A DNA stretch of 64,000 nucleotides, taken from NCBI GenBank assembly GCA_963833985.1, contig CAWIAD010000001.1:3104001-3168000 (forward strand). Reading direction: 5' to 3'. Made by a program: the position numbers and the translations under genes. This DNA is from an uncultured Planctomycetaceae bacterium (GTDB taxonomy: Bacteria; Planctomycetota; Planctomycetia; Isosphaerales; Isosphaeraceae). The first letter of the stretch is position 1. Every line of letters begins with the position of its first letter. The notes beneath the pieces were generated by a model. The model was not told the origin of the DNA. It saw nothing but the letters and a program-made list of their open reading frames with translations, and did no database searches. Below are positions 9,993 to 21,990 of the stretch, in pieces.

Positions 9993-11796
9993 TCAATGGC
10001 AAGCCAGGGACCTTGTCTCACGCAAGGTCAGCCCGGCCGCGAAGCTCCGCAAGCGCTTGACCATCTCGGCCAGACCGTTGCGCCGGCTCATGAGGAGGTT
10101 CGTGGTCAGGCCCAGCCTGGCGAGCAGGCTGTTGAGATCAAATTCGATGATCTGGTCCGCCGGCTGGCCGGAGAAAATGGCCTGGAGCAAAGCGATCAGG
10201 CCGCGGACGATCTCGCTGTCGCTGTCGGCCAGGAACTCCACGATGTCGTTCGAGCCCGGGCGCAAGCGGGGGTGGAGAAAGACGATGCTCTGGCAGCCGC
10301 GCACGCGGTGATCCTCGATTTTCAGCTCCTTCGGCATGGCGGGCAGGCCGCGGCCCAGCTCGATCAGGTACGCGTAACGATCGGACCAGTCGTGCAGGTC
10401 CTCGAACTCGGCGGCGAAGTTCTCAGCGGCCGCCTGGATCGAGGCAGCCGATGCCGCGGGATAGTCCACCGAGTGAGAGTCCGGGCAGGGGGGTGATGCG
10501 GGCCGGAGCGGCACGCGAGCCTGCTCGCCGGCGATACGGCCCAGGCAGTCCGCCAGGGCGTCGACTTCCTCGAGGGTGTTGTACACGGAGAACGAGGCAC
10601 GCACGGTGCCGGCCACGCCCAGGCGGTGCATCAGCGGCTGGCAGCAATGGTGGCCGGTACGGACCGCAATGCCTTCAAGGTCAAGCCGCATGCCCACGTC
10701 GAGAGATGAGAGATGTGAATCCTCGAGCACGAACGACACGGCGCCCGACTCGGTGCGCCGGGCGACCCACGAGGCGCACGCCCGGAATGGCGGAGAGCGC
10801 CCGGACGCAGCGATCAACAAGCTCCGCCTCGTGCTCGGCGATGGCCTGACGGTCCTGCCCCTGGAGCCAGTCCAGCGCCGCGGCCAGGCCGATGGCCCCG
10901 GCGACGTGCGGCGTGCCGGCCTCGAACTTCAGTGGGGCGGGTGCGTACGAGGTCTTCTCGAACGTGACGGAGTCGATCATGTCGCCTCCGCCTTGCCATG
11001 GGGGCATCGCCTCGAGATGGTGCAGCTTGCCGTAAAGGACTCCCATGCCCATAGGCCCAAAGATCTTGTGGCCGGAGAACGCGTAGAAGTCGCAGTTGAG
11101 GTCCTGAACGTCAACGTCCACATGAGCCACTGCCTGGGCGCCGTCCACCAGAACGATCGCACCGTGCTGGTGTGCCCGATCGATGATGCGCTTGACCGGG
11201 TTGACAGTCCCGAGCGCATTGGACACGTGGCTGACGGCCACGATCCTGGTGCGACGCGAAAGCATTTCCTCCAGGGATTCGAGGTCGAGCTCGCCATCGT
11301 CGCTGATCGGCACGACGCGGAGCTTCGCGCCGGTCTGCTCGCAGAGGATCTGCCAGGGGACGATATTGGCGTGGTGCTCCATCCAGGTAATCAGCACCTC
11401 ATCACCTGGCTTCACGGTCTGCCGGCCGAAGCAATGCGCCGCCAGGTTGATGGCTTCGGTGGCGCCGCGGACGAAGACGACTTCCCGGTGAGAGGCGGCA
11501 TTGAGGAAACGGGCGATCGTCGTACGGGCCTGTTCGTACCGCTGCGTCGCCTGGTCGCTCAGCTCGTGCACTCCCCGGTGCACGTTGGCACAGCAGCCCT
11601 CGTAAAAGTCGGTCATCGCATCCAGAACGACCTGCGGCTTCTGGGTTGTGGCGGCGTTGTCCAGGTAGATGAGCGGTCTGTCGTGAACCCGGCGGGCGAG
11701 GATCGGAAACTCGCCACGGATCGCCGCCAGATCCAGTCCGGTGCCCCGGACTGCGGTGCGGCTGACTTCCAGGGCGCCGGGGTCGCTACGGTTCAT
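9993..11796 (-). CDS. sufS: SufS-type cysteine desulfurase fused to a C-terminal SufE domain (frameshift near 10780)
   Basis: YLDNAATTQKP, EHHANIVPW, DGAQ, FSGHK, FEAGTP and RTGHHC, then in the same frame DWSDRYAYLIELG, VRGCQS, DSDSEIVRGL and RRNGL (SufE). Confidence 0.88.
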
Positions 11797-12001
11797 CAGG
11801 CATTCCTCGGTGTTCGTTTCGCCATACGATCTGGAGTGATGCGCTCATCCGTTCGACAGTCTCCATTCTAGCAGATTCAGCGCCGGGACGCCTGCTCCAC
11901 AGCCAAAAGAGAGAACCGGCACGAATTCCCGCCAGGGAGGAAGACGGGCACTTCCTTCCCGTTCTCGATTTGTCCGATTGGAACCAAATGTCTGCTCGCT
12001 G

Positions 12002-12017
12002 TGTGGTGTTTCCGACA
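12002..12017. promoter_or_regulatory. NifA upstream activator sequence TGT-N10-ACA for nifB
   Basis: TGTGGTGTTTCCGACA, about 80 bp upstream of the sigma54 site. A near-match lies at 11971-11986. Confidence 0.75.
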
Positions 12018-12093
12018 TGACCTGGGCTGGGAGGCCGCCTGTCCGGGTGCGGAAACCCCGGTGTTCCTGCACTTTTCCTGTAGCCGACCGGTT

Positions 12094-12109
12094 CGGCATC
12101 GGCCTTGCT
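12094..12109 (+). promoter_or_regulatory. Sigma54 (-24/-12) promoter of nifB
   Basis: CGGCATCGGCCTTGCT: GG-N10-GC. Confidence 0.75.
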
Positions 12110-12175
12110 TTGGCCCGATCGAGCCTCGCTACAGCCAACGGGAACGCGCACCGACCGCCCTGGGAGGGCCATCAC

Positions 12176-13654
12176 TTGAAACTCACGGTCCTTGGACAGG
12201 ACGACAACGCCGCGCAGGGGACAGGCTGCTCGGCCTCCTCGTGCGGCAGCACGGCCGACCAGTTCAACCAGCTTCCCCCGTCCATCCGCAGCCGCGTGTA
12301 CAACCATCCCTGCTATTCCGAGCAGGCCCATCACCACTTCGCGCGGATGCACGTGGCCGTGGCGCCGGCCTGTAATATTCAGTGCCACTACTGCAATCGC
12401 AAGTACGATTGTGCAAACGAGTCGCGTCCCGGCGTCGTCTCCGAAGTGCTGACTCCGGAGCAGGCCGTGAAGAAGACGCTCGCGGTGGCGGCGAAGATTC
12501 CCCAGCTGACCGTGCTGGGCATTGCCGGACCGGGCGACCCGCTGGCCAATCCCAGCCGCACGTTCCCCACGTTCCGGATGCTGTCCCAGCAGGCGCCCGA
12601 TATCAAGCTGTGCGTCTCGACCAACGGCCTGGCGCTGCCTGACTGCGTGGACGAGCTGGCGCGGCATAATATCGAACATGTGACGATCACGATCAACTGC
12701 CTGGACCCGGAAGTCGGCCAGCATATCTATCCCTGGGTCTTCTGGAAGCACAAGCGGCTCCGCGGCCGCGCCGCGGCTGCCATCCTCATCGAGCGGCAGC
12801 AGCAGGGGCTGGAAATGCTCGTGGAGCGCGACATCCTGGTGAAGGTGAATTCGGTAATGATCCCCGGCGTGAACGACCAGCACCTCAAGGAGGTGAGCAG
12901 GACGGTCAAGAGCAAGGGGGCCTTCCTGCACAACGTGATGCCACTGATCGCCGAGGCCGAGCACGGAACGTATTACGGCCTCGCGGGCCAGCGCGGACCG
13001 ACCGCGGCCGAGCTCCAGGCATTGCAGGACCAGTGCGCCGGCGACATGAACATGATGCGGCACTGCCGCCAGTGCCGGGCCGATGCGGTCGGCCTCCTGG
13101 GTGAGGATCGGGGCGCGGAGTTCACGCTCGACAAGATCGATGCCCTCGAGATCGACTACGCGGCCGCCATGGAGACTCGCGCTGCGGTCCACCAGGCGAT
13201 TCGCGCGCAGCTTGGAGCCAGCCTCCCCGCGTCGCCGCCGGCGCTTGCGCAAGTTCCCGGCGCAGCGCGCGCGGTGCTCATGGCGGTCGCCAGCCGGGGC
13301 GGAGGGCTCGTCAACGAGCACTTCGGTCACGCGCGCGAGTTCCTCGTTTACGAGGCTTCGCCCGCGGGCGTCCGGTTCATCGGGCATCGCAAGACTGATC
13401 TGTATTGCGGTGGCGGAGACACGTGCGGCGACGCCGAGTCCACGCTCGCCCAGACCATTCGAGCCCTCGAGGGCTGCGTGGCCGTGCTCTGCTCCAAAGT
13501 CGGCTTTGAACCCTGGGAACACCTGGAGGCCGCCGGCATCACTCCCAATGGGGAGCATGCCCTGGAGCCAATCGAGCAGGCCGTCGCGGCAGTTTACCTG
13601 GCCATGTACCAGGAGGGCCGGCTCATCCAGGCCGCCGGTCACAAGGCCGGTTGA
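12176..13654 (+). CDS. nifB: Nitrogenase cofactor biosynthesis radical SAM protein NifB
   Basis: TTG start after GGAGG. HPCY, CNIQCHYCNRKYDCANESRPG, AGPGDPL, HCRQCRADA and a C-terminal NifX-like domain (NEHFGHA). Confidence 0.97.
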   Translation: MKLTVLGQDDNAAQGTGCSASSCGSTADQFNQLPPSIRSRVYNHPCYSEQAHHHFARMHVAVAPACNIQCHYCNRKYDCANESRPGVVSEVLTPEQAVKKTLAVAAKIPQLTVLGIAGPGDPLANPSRTFPTFRMLSQQAPDIKLCVSTNGLALPDCVDELARHNIEHVTITINCLDPEVGQHIYPWVFWKHKRLRGRAAAAILIERQQQGLEMLVERDILVKVNSVMIPGVNDQHLKEVSRTVKSKGAFLHNVMPLIAEAEHGTYYGLAGQRGPTAAELQALQDQCAGDMNMMRHCRQCRADAVGLLGEDRGAEFTLDKIDALEIDYAAAMETRAAVHQAIRAQLGASLPASPPALAQVPGAARAVLMAVASRGGGLVNEHFGHAREFLVYEASPAGVRFIGHRKTDLYCGGGDTCGDAESTLAQTIRALEGCVAVLCSKVGFEPWEHLEAAGITPNGEHALEPIEQAVAAVYLAMYQEGRLIQAAGHKAG

Positions 13655-13680
13655 ACGCCAGCGCAGGAAAGGATCGATCC

Positions 13681-13959
13681 ATGGCACTGAAGATCAACGA
13701 CCAGTGTGTGAATTGCTGGGCATGCTTCGACGTGTGCCCCACGCAGTCGATCTCGCCGGGCAAGCAGCACGCCCACTTCTTCATCGACCCGCGCAGCTGC
13801 ACCGAATGCGAGGGATCGTTCCAGGACCCCCAGTGTGCCTCGATCTGTCCGATCGAGGGCGCGATTGTCCGCAAAGGGGTTCCGCTCAATCCTCCCGGCT
13901 CGCTCAGCGGTCTCGACCCGGAGTGGGTCCGCCAGAGACTGAGCGGCCAGCCAAGCTGA
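13681..13959 (+). CDS. fdxN: nifB-associated 2[4Fe-4S] ferredoxin
   Basis: CVNCWACFDVCP and CTECEG...PQCASICP, directly after nifB. Confidence 0.85.
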   Translation: MALKINDQCVNCWACFDVCPTQSISPGKQHAHFFIDPRSCTECEGSFQDPQCASICPIEGAIVRKGVPLNPPGSLSGLDPEWVRQRLSGQPS

Positions 13960-14050
13960 GTCTCCGGCTGCAAAGCGGCCGCCCGTTGAATCCTGGTACC
14001 AGGGTCCCACGGGCGGTCAGCAAGGAGAGGTTCGATTTCCCCGCCAGCGC

Positions 14051-14926
14051 TCAGCCGGCCAGCACGGCCTCCGTTTGCGTCCAGGTCGTCCGGTCGTGTG
14101 CGGCGTGGATCAGGTCGGTGATGGTGCACTCGAGGATCTCGATCTGCTTGGACTGGCAATAGCGGCGTTCCTTGGCGGTCGGCTCGGGAATCAGTGCCCA
14201 GCCCGCGGGAGAGTCGGCGTCGACGACGATGTCGGAGAGGATCATCCGCTGCGTGTCGCGTTTCATACGCACGCCGGCGATGAGGTATTGCTTGCCCTGG
14301 CGATGCTGCTTGACGAAGCCCGGCACGGCGAAGCCGCCCATGAGCTCGGTGATGTAGTCGACGAAGTCGGCATCCGAGGCGATATAAGTGGGCTCGGGGT
14401 GGGGAGTGCCCAGGGGCTTGAAGAGAATGGGCAGATCAGGGTTGGCCGAGTCGGGGCCCACCTCGCGGTAGGTCTCGCCGTCATACTCCCAGATGCGGAA
14501 CCGGTAATCCGAGGCCATGATCCGGGCCACGCCCGTCACCAGGGTGTGGCGGCGGTTCGCGTAACGGTGCTGGAGCAGCGCATCGCGATTGGTGTCGACA
14601 ATGTAGGGAAGCCGGAGCGAGCTCAGCCACTCGTGCACCGCGCCTCCGGTCCAGGGAGAGCTGTAGACTCGCGTCAGAAACGATGAGAGGAACCGGCGTC
14701 CCTTCTTGAGCTCGAAGTGCATGGCGGCTCGGGGGAACTCGGTCATCAGCTTGGGGCTGATCGGCCGCCCCTCGGTCATCGCCAGGATGAGCGGCTCGTC
14801 GGCCGCGGGGATCGGTGCGCCCGTCCCGGAGTGGATCACGTCGTCCAGGACCTGCGGGCCGAGGTACGGAATCACCTGGCCGGATCGCAGTCCCGCAAGA
14901 ATATGGTCGAATCGACTGGAAGGCAT
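14051..14926 (-). CDS. SIR2-like family protein (nif-associated)
   Basis: VIPYLGP, IVDTNRD, LFKPLG and YIASDADFVDYITELMGGF match the SIR2_2-like proteins I recall from nif clusters. Confidence 0.78.
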   Translation of the reverse strand: MPSSRFDHILAGLRSGQVIPYLGPQVLDDVIHSGTGAPIPAADEPLILAMTEGRPISPKLMTEFPRAAMHFELKKGRRFLSSFLTRVYSSPWTGGAVHEWLSSLRLPYIVDTNRDALLQHRYANRRHTLVTGVARIMASDYRFRIWEYDGETYREVGPDSANPDLPILFKPLGTPHPEPTYIASDADFVDYITELMGGFAVPGFVKQHRQGKQYLIAGVRMKRDTQRMILSDIVVDADSPAGWALIPEPTAKERRYCQSKQIEILECTITDLIHAAHDRTTWTQTEAVLAG

Positions 14927-15004
14927 ACGTGTTTCCTTTCTCTGGTGTGGTCGTCTGTCTGCCCCAGCTCCGCTGCCGTGGGGAACTTCCTCGTTTCCGC
15001 CTGA

Positions 15005-15020
15005 AGCAAGCGACGTGCCA
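15005..15020 (-). promoter_or_regulatory. Sigma54 promoter of the SIR2-like gene
   Basis: Minus strand TGGCACGTCGCTTGCT, a perfect TGGCACG-N4-TTGC. Confidence 0.85.
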
Positions 15021-15077
15021 GCCGCCGATCCGGCCCGCACAGGCCGCTCAGGGCGGCAACGAGCACGGCTGGCGCCG

Positions 15078-15141
15078 TGTCGCACAGCCAGCACCGCGTC
15101 GGAAACCCGACACAGCACCGCCCAATGTGGCAACTCCCACA
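15078..15141. promoter_or_regulatory. NifA UAS cluster shared by the divergent nifH and SIR2-like promoters
   Basis: Perfect TGT-N10-ACA at 15126-15141. One-mismatch sites at 15097-15112 and 15078-15093. Confidence 0.75.
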
Positions 15142-15229
15142 CAATCCGACCCGCGGCTCACGGGATCATCGAGGCTGCCGGCCTCTATTCCAGGCTGCGC
15201 ACGCTTCCTTCGCGAGATGTATTTCGTGT

Positions 15230-15245
15230 TGGCACGGTCCTTGCG
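15230..15245 (+). promoter_or_regulatory. Sigma54 promoter of nifH
   Basis: TGGCACGGTCCTTGCG, consensus match. Confidence 0.88.
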
Positions 15246-15320
15246 AGGTCCACGTCGGTCGCCCACGACGCTAGCTTCAGCAATGGAGCCGATTGACATC
15301 TACATACTCAGGAGACTTGA

Positions 15321-16223
<903 letters not shown>

Positions 16224-16351
16224 GCCCCAAATTGCGGCCCATCCTCCTCTCCCACCGGCCGTGGCCTGCGACCCAGGCCAGATCCTTCCATCGTCTTCCA
16301 GTCCTCTCCAGCGCCATCCGAGACCCATCCCCGATTTCGCAGGAGCCCTCC

Positions 16352-17803
16352 ATGTCCGTGATGACTCGAGAAGAAACCGAGGCCTTGATTCAAGAGGTGC
16401 TCGAGGTGTACCCGAGCGCCGCCCGCGAGGACCGGGCCAAGCACCTGGCCGCCAACGACCCCGAGCTCGCCCAGTCGAAGAAGTGCATCACCTCGAACAA
16501 GAAATCGCTTCCCGGCATGATGACGATCCGCGGCTGCGCCTACGCCGGCTCGAAAGGCGTCGTCTGGGGACCGATCAAGGACATGATCCACATCTCGCAC
16601 GGTCCTGTCGGCTGCGGCCAGTACTCCCGCGCCGGGCGGCGCAATTACTACATCGGCACGACGGGCGTGAACACGTTCGTCACCATGAACTTCACCTCCG
16701 ATTTTCAGGAGAAGGACATCGTCTTCGGCGGCGACAAGAAGCTCACCGCGCTGATCGGCGAGGTCGAAACCCTCTTCCCGCTCAACAAGGGAATCACGGT
16801 CCAGTCCGAATGCCCGATCGGACTGATTGGCGATGACATCGAGGCGGTTTCCAGGAAGGTCTCGAAGGAGATCGGCAAGCGGGTCGTGCCGGTGCGGTGC
16901 GAGGGCTTCCGGGGCGTTTCACAGTCGCTTGGCCACCACATCGCCAACGACTCGATCCGCGACCACGTCTTCACCGACGGCATCGAGGACCGCGCGACCG
17001 CCTGGCAGCCTTCGGATTACGACGTCTCGATCATTGGCGACTACAACATTGGCGGCGATGCCTGGTCGTCACGCACCTTGCTGGAAGAGATGGGCCTGCG
17101 CGTGGTTGCCCAGTGGTCGGGCGACGGCACGATCGCCGAGCTGGAAAACACGCCCAAGGTCAAGCTCAACCTGCTGCATTGCTATCGCTCCATGAACTAC
17201 ATCTCGCGGCACATGGAGGAGAAGTACGGTATTCCCTGGGTGGAGTACAATTTCTTCGGGCCCACCAAGATCGCCGAGTCGCTGCGGAGCATCGCGCAGC
17301 ACTTCGATGCGTCCATTCAGGAGGGCGCGGAGCGGGTGATCGAGAAGTACCGTCCCGAGTTCGAGGCGGTCGTCGAGAAGTACAAGCCGCGGCTGAAGGG
17401 CAAGCGGGTGATGCTCTTCGTCGGCGGCCTGCGGCCGCGCCACGTCATCGGCGCCTATGAAGACCTGGGCATGGAGGTGGTTGGCACCGGCTACGAATTC
17501 GGCCACAACGACGACTACGACCGCACGCTCAAGGAGATGGGCAACGCCACCCTGCTCTATGACGACGTCACCGGCTACGAGTTCGAGGAGTTCGTCAAGA
17601 AGATCAAGCCTGATCTCATCGGCTCGGGCATCAAGGAGAAGTACATCTTCCAGAAGATGGGCATCCCCTTCCGGCAGATGCACTCGTGGGACTACTCCGG
17701 TCCGTACCACGGCTACGACGGCTTCGCCATCTTCGCCCGCGACATGGACATGACGCTGAACAACCCGTGCTGGAACCAGATCCGGCCGCCCTGGAAGTCA
17801 TGA
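16352..17803 (+). CDS. nifD: Nitrogenase MoFe protein alpha chain
   Basis: [42 protein letters not shown] (FeMo-co Cys), [12 protein letters not shown] (Mo-ligating His). No group II insertion. Confidence 0.99.
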   Translation: MSVMTREETEALIQEVLEVYPSAAREDRAKHLAANDPELAQSKKCITSNKKSLPGMMTIRGCAYAGSKGVVWGPIKDMIHISHGPVGCGQYSRAGRRNYYIGTTGVNTFVTMNFTSDFQEKDIVFGGDKKLTALIGEVETLFPLNKGITVQSECPIGLIGDDIEAVSRKVSKEIGKRVVPVRCEGFRGVSQSLGHHIANDSIRDHVFTDGIEDRATAWQPSDYDVSIIGDYNIGGDAWSSRTLLEEMGLRVVAQWSGDGTIAELENTPKVKLNLLHCYRSMNYISRHMEEKYGIPWVEYNFFGPTKIAESLRSIAQHFDASIQEGAERVIEKYRPEFEAVVEKYKPRLKGKRVMLFVGGLRPRHVIGAYEDLGMEVVGTGYEFGHNDDYDRTLKEMGNATLLYDDVTGYEFEEFVKKIKPDLIGSGIKEKYIFQKMGIPFRQMHSWDYSGPYHGYDGFAIFARDMDMTLNNPCWNQIRPPWKS

Positions 17804-17870
17804 CCCGGCCGCGCACCGCCACGGAACGACGCCTGGAGCAGACGCATACACCCCGAAGGGAGCGAGTCCC

Positions 17871-19442
17871 ATGAGCCAGAATGTGGAAGCAATCAAGCCC
17901 TGCTTTCCCCTCTTTCGCGAACAGGAATACAAGGATAGCCTCGCGCGCAAGAAGGAGCTGTACGAGGAAGCTCACGACGCCGGCAAGATCCGCGAGGTCT
18001 TCGAGTGGACCACGACGGCCGAGTACCAGGAGCTCAATTTCAATCGCCAGGCCCTGACCGTGAACCCGGCGAAGGCCTGCCAGCCTCTGGGCGCGGTGCT
18101 GTGTGCCCTGGGGTTCGAGAAAACCCTCCCCTACGTCCATGGCTCGCAAGGCTGCGTCGCCTACTTCCGGACGTATTTCAACCGCCACTTCAAGGAGCCG
18201 ATCTCCTGCGTTTCCGACTCGATGACCGAGGACGCGGCGGTCTTCGGCGGCCAGAAGAACATGTTCGCCGGCCTGGAGAATGCCCGGGCGGTCTACAAGC
18301 CCGACATGATCGCCGTGAGCACGACGTGCATGGCCGAGGTCATCGGCGACGACCTGAACGCGTTCATCAACAACGCCAGGAAGAACGGGCACGTCCCCGA
18401 GGAGTATCCCGTGCCGTTCGCGCACACCCCGAGCTTCGTGGGCAGCCACACCACGGGCTGGGACAACATGATGGAGGGGATCCTTCGCTTCTTCACGCTC
18501 AACCACATGGAAGGCAAGCGGGCCGGCACCAACGCCAAGATCAATATCGTTCCCGGCTTCGAGACCTACCTGGGCAACTTCCGCGTGATCAAGCGGATGC
18601 TGCGCGAGATGGACGTTCCGTTCACGTTCCTGTCCGATCCGGAAGAGGTGCTCGACACGCCGGCCGACGGCCAGTTCCGGATGTACGCCGGAGGCACCAC
18701 GCAGGAGGAGGTGAAGGACGCTCCCAATTCGTCCGCCACGTTCCTGCTCCAGCCCTGGCAGCTCGACAAGACGGCGAAGTACGTTGAGAACACATGGGGC
18801 CACGAGATCCCGATCACGCACATCCCCATGGGGCTGGAGTGGACCGACCAGTTCCTCATGAAGGTCTCCGAGGTGACCGGCAAGCCCATCCCGGCATCGC
18901 TCGAGAAGGAGCGCGGCCGGCTCGTCGACATGATGACCGACTCGCACACCTGGCTGCACGGCAAGACCTTCGCGCTCTGGGGCGACCCGGACTTCGTGAT
19001 GGGGCTGTGCAAGTTCCTCACGGAGGTGGGAGCCGAGCCCACTCACGTCATCTGCCACAACGGCAACAAGCGGTGGCGCAAGGAACTCATGGGGCTGCTC
19101 GCCGAGTCGCCCTACGGCAAGAAGGCCGAGGTGCACATCGGCCGCGACCTCTGGCACCTGCGCTCGCTGGTCTTCACCGACAAGCCTGACTTCATGATCG
19201 GCAACTCGTATGGCAAGTTCATCCAGCGCGACACGATCACCAAGGGACCCGAGTTCGAGGTCCCGCTGATCCGGCTCGGCTTCCCGATCTTCGACCGCCA
19301 TCACCTGCACCGCGACACGACGCTTGGCTACGAGGGCGCGATGCACATGCTGCGGACGGTCGTCAACGCCGTTCTTGAAAAGCTCGACCATGACACCCGC
19401 GGCATGGGTACGACCGACTACAACTACGACCTGATCCGCTGA
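17871..19442 (+). CDS. nifK: Nitrogenase MoFe protein beta chain
   Basis: NPAKACQPLG, HGSQGCVAYFR, TTCMAEVIGDDL, C-terminal YNYDLIR. Confidence 0.99.
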   Translation: MSQNVEAIKPCFPLFREQEYKDSLARKKELYEEAHDAGKIREVFEWTTTAEYQELNFNRQALTVNPAKACQPLGAVLCALGFEKTLPYVHGSQGCVAYFRTYFNRHFKEPISCVSDSMTEDAAVFGGQKNMFAGLENARAVYKPDMIAVSTTCMAEVIGDDLNAFINNARKNGHVPEEYPVPFAHTPSFVGSHTTGWDNMMEGILRFFTLNHMEGKRAGTNAKINIVPGFETYLGNFRVIKRMLREMDVPFTFLSDPEEVLDTPADGQFRMYAGGTTQEEVKDAPNSSATFLLQPWQLDKTAKYVENTWGHEIPITHIPMGLEWTDQFLMKVSEVTGKPIPASLEKERGRLVDMMTDSHTWLHGKTFALWGDPDFVMGLCKFLTEVGAEPTHVICHNGNKRWRKELMGLLAESPYGKKAEVHIGRDLWHLRSLVFTDKPDFMIGNSYGKFIQRDTITKGPEFEVPLIRLGFPIFDRHHLHRDTTLGYEGAMHMLRTVVNAVLEKLDHDTRGMGTTDYNYDLIR

Positions 19443-19489
19443 GCCTGCCGCTTTGACCGACTGAACCTTCTTTCCTCGAGGAATCTGCA

Positions 19490-19702
19490 ATGCCCAAGGT
19501 GATGCTCCGCCGGGCGGCGTCCGGCAGCCTCGTCTTCTACGTCGCCAAGAAAGACCTGGAAGACGAGGTGGCCTCGCTCGAGTTCGACCAGCCGGACAAA
19601 TGGGGCGGCGAACTGGTGCTGCGCGACGGATCGCGCTATTTCGTCGAGCCGTTCGACGCCCCGCCCCGGCTCCCCCTGACCGTGCAGGCGCAAAAGCTTT
19701 GA
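19490..19702 (+). CDS. nifT: NifT/FixU
   Basis: MPKVMLR...FYVAKKDLE...KWGG...LPLTVQA, located after nifK. Confidence 0.92.
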   Translation: MPKVMLRRAASGSLVFYVAKKDLEDEVASLEFDQPDKWGGELVLRDGSRYFVEPFDAPPRLPLTVQAQKL

Positions 19703-19730
19703 CGGGTCCTCGTTTCCGGGAGAATCAAGC

Positions 19731-20471
19731 ATGGGACTCTCGTTTTCACGCGAAACCGCGCTGCGGATTGGCAAGGCGGCGCAGGCCCTGCCGGGCGTGC
19801 CCGTGGCCGACCTGGTCGACGGACTGGCCAGGGAGCTGGGCTGGCCCCTGGATGAAGGCGTTCTCGATCGCGTGACCGTCAGCCAGCTGCGCAATGCCCT
19901 CGTCCAGGGCGGGCCTGGCGCCGCTGAACCCAGGTCGCCCTCCGCCGCGCTCGCCGATCGTTTCTCGATCGAGCGGCTCAAGGAAGTGGTCGAGATCCTC
20001 TGGGGCCAGAGGGAACAGGAGCAGGCGGAGCCCCCACTCGATGACTTCGCGGACGGGGCGATGCCCGGCTCGGTCCGGGTGGCCGTCGCCTCGGACGCGG
20101 GCGAGGAGATCGACGCCCATTTCGGCTCAGCCCGGCGCTACCTGGTCTACCAGGTGTCCCCGGGCGAAGCCCGGCTCATCGACATTCGCCGCACCGACGA
20201 TCCGGGCGAGACCCGAGACGGCACCGAGTTCCGCGTCGGGCTCATCGACGATTGCCACGTGCTCCTGGTGCAGTCGATCGGCGGGCCGGCCGCGGCCAAG
20301 GTCATCAACGCCGGGATCTACCCGCTGAAGCAGGCAGGAGGCGGCCCCGCACGCGTCTTCCTGGCCACTCTCCAGGCACGGATGGCCACAAGCCCGCCTC
20401 CCTGGCTGGCCAAGGCAATGAACGTCCCGCTCGAGGACCGCATTCGTCTCCACTCCGAGGCCGAGGTGTGA
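19731..20471 (+). CDS. nifY: NifY/NafY FeMo-co binding protein
   Basis: ALRIG..A..LPG N-domain plus NifX-like domain ([25 protein letters not shown]). Confidence 0.85.
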   Translation: MGLSFSRETALRIGKAAQALPGVPVADLVDGLARELGWPLDEGVLDRVTVSQLRNALVQGGPGAAEPRSPSAALADRFSIERLKEVVEILWGQREQEQAEPPLDDFADGAMPGSVRVAVASDAGEEIDAHFGSARRYLVYQVSPGEARLIDIRRTDDPGETRDGTEFRVGLIDDCHVLLVQSIGGPAAAKVINAGIYPLKQAGGGPARVFLATLQARMATSPPPWLAKAMNVPLEDRIRLHSEAEV

Positions 20472-20565
20472 AACGCCCTGCCGGCCCCACGGAACCGCAT
20501 CGCGACACCTGAAACCGGTAACGCGGCATCTGCTCACCGAGAGGATCCTGAATCCAGGAGCCGGT

Positions 20566-21978
20566 ATGACTTCCAAAGATGTGGCCGAGCTGCTCAACGA
20601 GCCGGCCTGCGAACACAACAAGAAGGAGAAGTCTGGCTGTGCCAGGCTGAAGCCAGGCTCGACGGCCGGCGGATGCGCCTTCGACGGCGCCCAGATCGCG
20701 CTCATCCCGGTCGCCGACGTGGCCCACATCGTGCACGGACCGATCGCCTGCGCAGGCAGCTCGTGGGACAATCGCGGCACCCGGTCCTCGGGTCCGGAGC
20801 TCTACCGCATCGGCATGACCACCGACCTTACCGAGCAGGACGTGATCATGGGCCGGGGTGAGGAGCGGCTCTTCCATTCGATCAAGCAGGCGATCGACGA
20901 CCATGCCCCGGCCGCCGTCTTCGTGTACAACACCTGCGTCCCCGCACTCATCGGCGACGACGTGGAGGCCGTCTGCAAGGCCGCCAACCAGCGCTGGGGG
21001 GTGCCGGTGGTCCCCATCGACTGCGCCGGCTTCTTCGGCACGAAGAACCTGGGGAACCGCATCGCCGGCGACGCCATGCTCAAACATGTGATCGGTACCC
21101 GCGAGCCCGACCCGCTACCGCAGGGAATGCCCGCCGGCATCAGCGTGCACGACATCAACCTGATCGGCGAGTACAACATCGCCGGCGAGCTGTGGCACGT
21201 CCTGCCGCTCTTCGACGAGCTGGGCCTGCGCGTCCTCTGCACGCTTTCCGGGGACGCCCGGTTCCGCGAGATCCAGACCATGCACCGTGCCAGGGCGAAC
21301 ATGATGGTCTGCTCGAAAGCCCTGCTCAACGTGGCTCGAAAGCTCGAGCAGAAGTATGGAACGCCCTGGTTCGAGGGATCGATCTACGGCGTGGCCGACA
21401 CCTCGGCGGCGCTTCGGGATTTCGCCCGGATCATCGCCGATCCGGACCTGACACGCCGCACCGCAGCGCTCGTCGCGCGAGAGGAGGCCAGGATCCACGA
21501 GGCGCTCGAGCCCTGGCGCACCCGGCTCAAAGGTAAGCGGGTGTTGCTCTACACCGGGGGCGTCAAATCGTGGTCGATCATCTCGGCACTTCAGGACCTG
21601 GGGATGGATGTGGTCGCCACCGGAACCACCAAGTCGACCGAGGAGGACAAGAAGCGGATTCGCGAGCTCATGGGCGAGCAGGTGAAGATGATTGACGACG
21701 GCAATCCCCGTGCGCTCTTGAAACTGGTACGGGAGCTTGACGCTGACATCCTGATTGCCGGTGGCCGCAACATGTACACCGCGCTCAAAGCCAGGATCCC
21801 GTTCCTGGACATCAACCAGGAGCGGGATTTCGGTTACGCCGGCTACACCGGCATGCTCGAGCTGGCCCGCCAGCTCACGAACACCCTGGAGAGCCCGGTC
21901 TGGGAAGCGGCGACCCGACCGACACCCTGGCAGTCCGCCAGCGACATCATTCCCGCCCAACGGCGGCTTCGCGCGTGA
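20566..21978 (+). CDS. nifE: FeMo-co scaffold NifE
   Basis: [42 protein letters not shown]. Confidence 0.97.
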   Translation: MTSKDVAELLNEPACEHNKKEKSGCARLKPGSTAGGCAFDGAQIALIPVADVAHIVHGPIACAGSSWDNRGTRSSGPELYRIGMTTDLTEQDVIMGRGEERLFHSIKQAIDDHAPAAVFVYNTCVPALIGDDVEAVCKAANQRWGVPVVPIDCAGFFGTKNLGNRIAGDAMLKHVIGTREPDPLPQGMPAGISVHDINLIGEYNIAGELWHVLPLFDELGLRVLCTLSGDARFREIQTMHRARANMMVCSKALLNVARKLEQKYGTPWFEGSIYGVADTSAALRDFARIIADPDLTRRTAALVAREEARIHEALEPWRTRLKGKRVLLYTGGVKSWSIISALQDLGMDVVATGTTKSTEEDKKRIRELMGEQVKMIDDGNPRALLKLVRELDADILIAGGRNMYTALKARIPFLDINQERDFGYAGYTGMLELARQLTNTLESPVWEAATRPTPWQSASDIIPAQRRLRA

Positions 21979-21990
21979 GGAGGTCGGAAC

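Noticed and set aside
17631..19490. Long antisense ORFs (619 aa here, also 11786-13687, 3122-4753, 10576-11871 and others)
   Set aside because: They lie opposite well-supported genes, are expected in high-GC DNA, and show no motifs.
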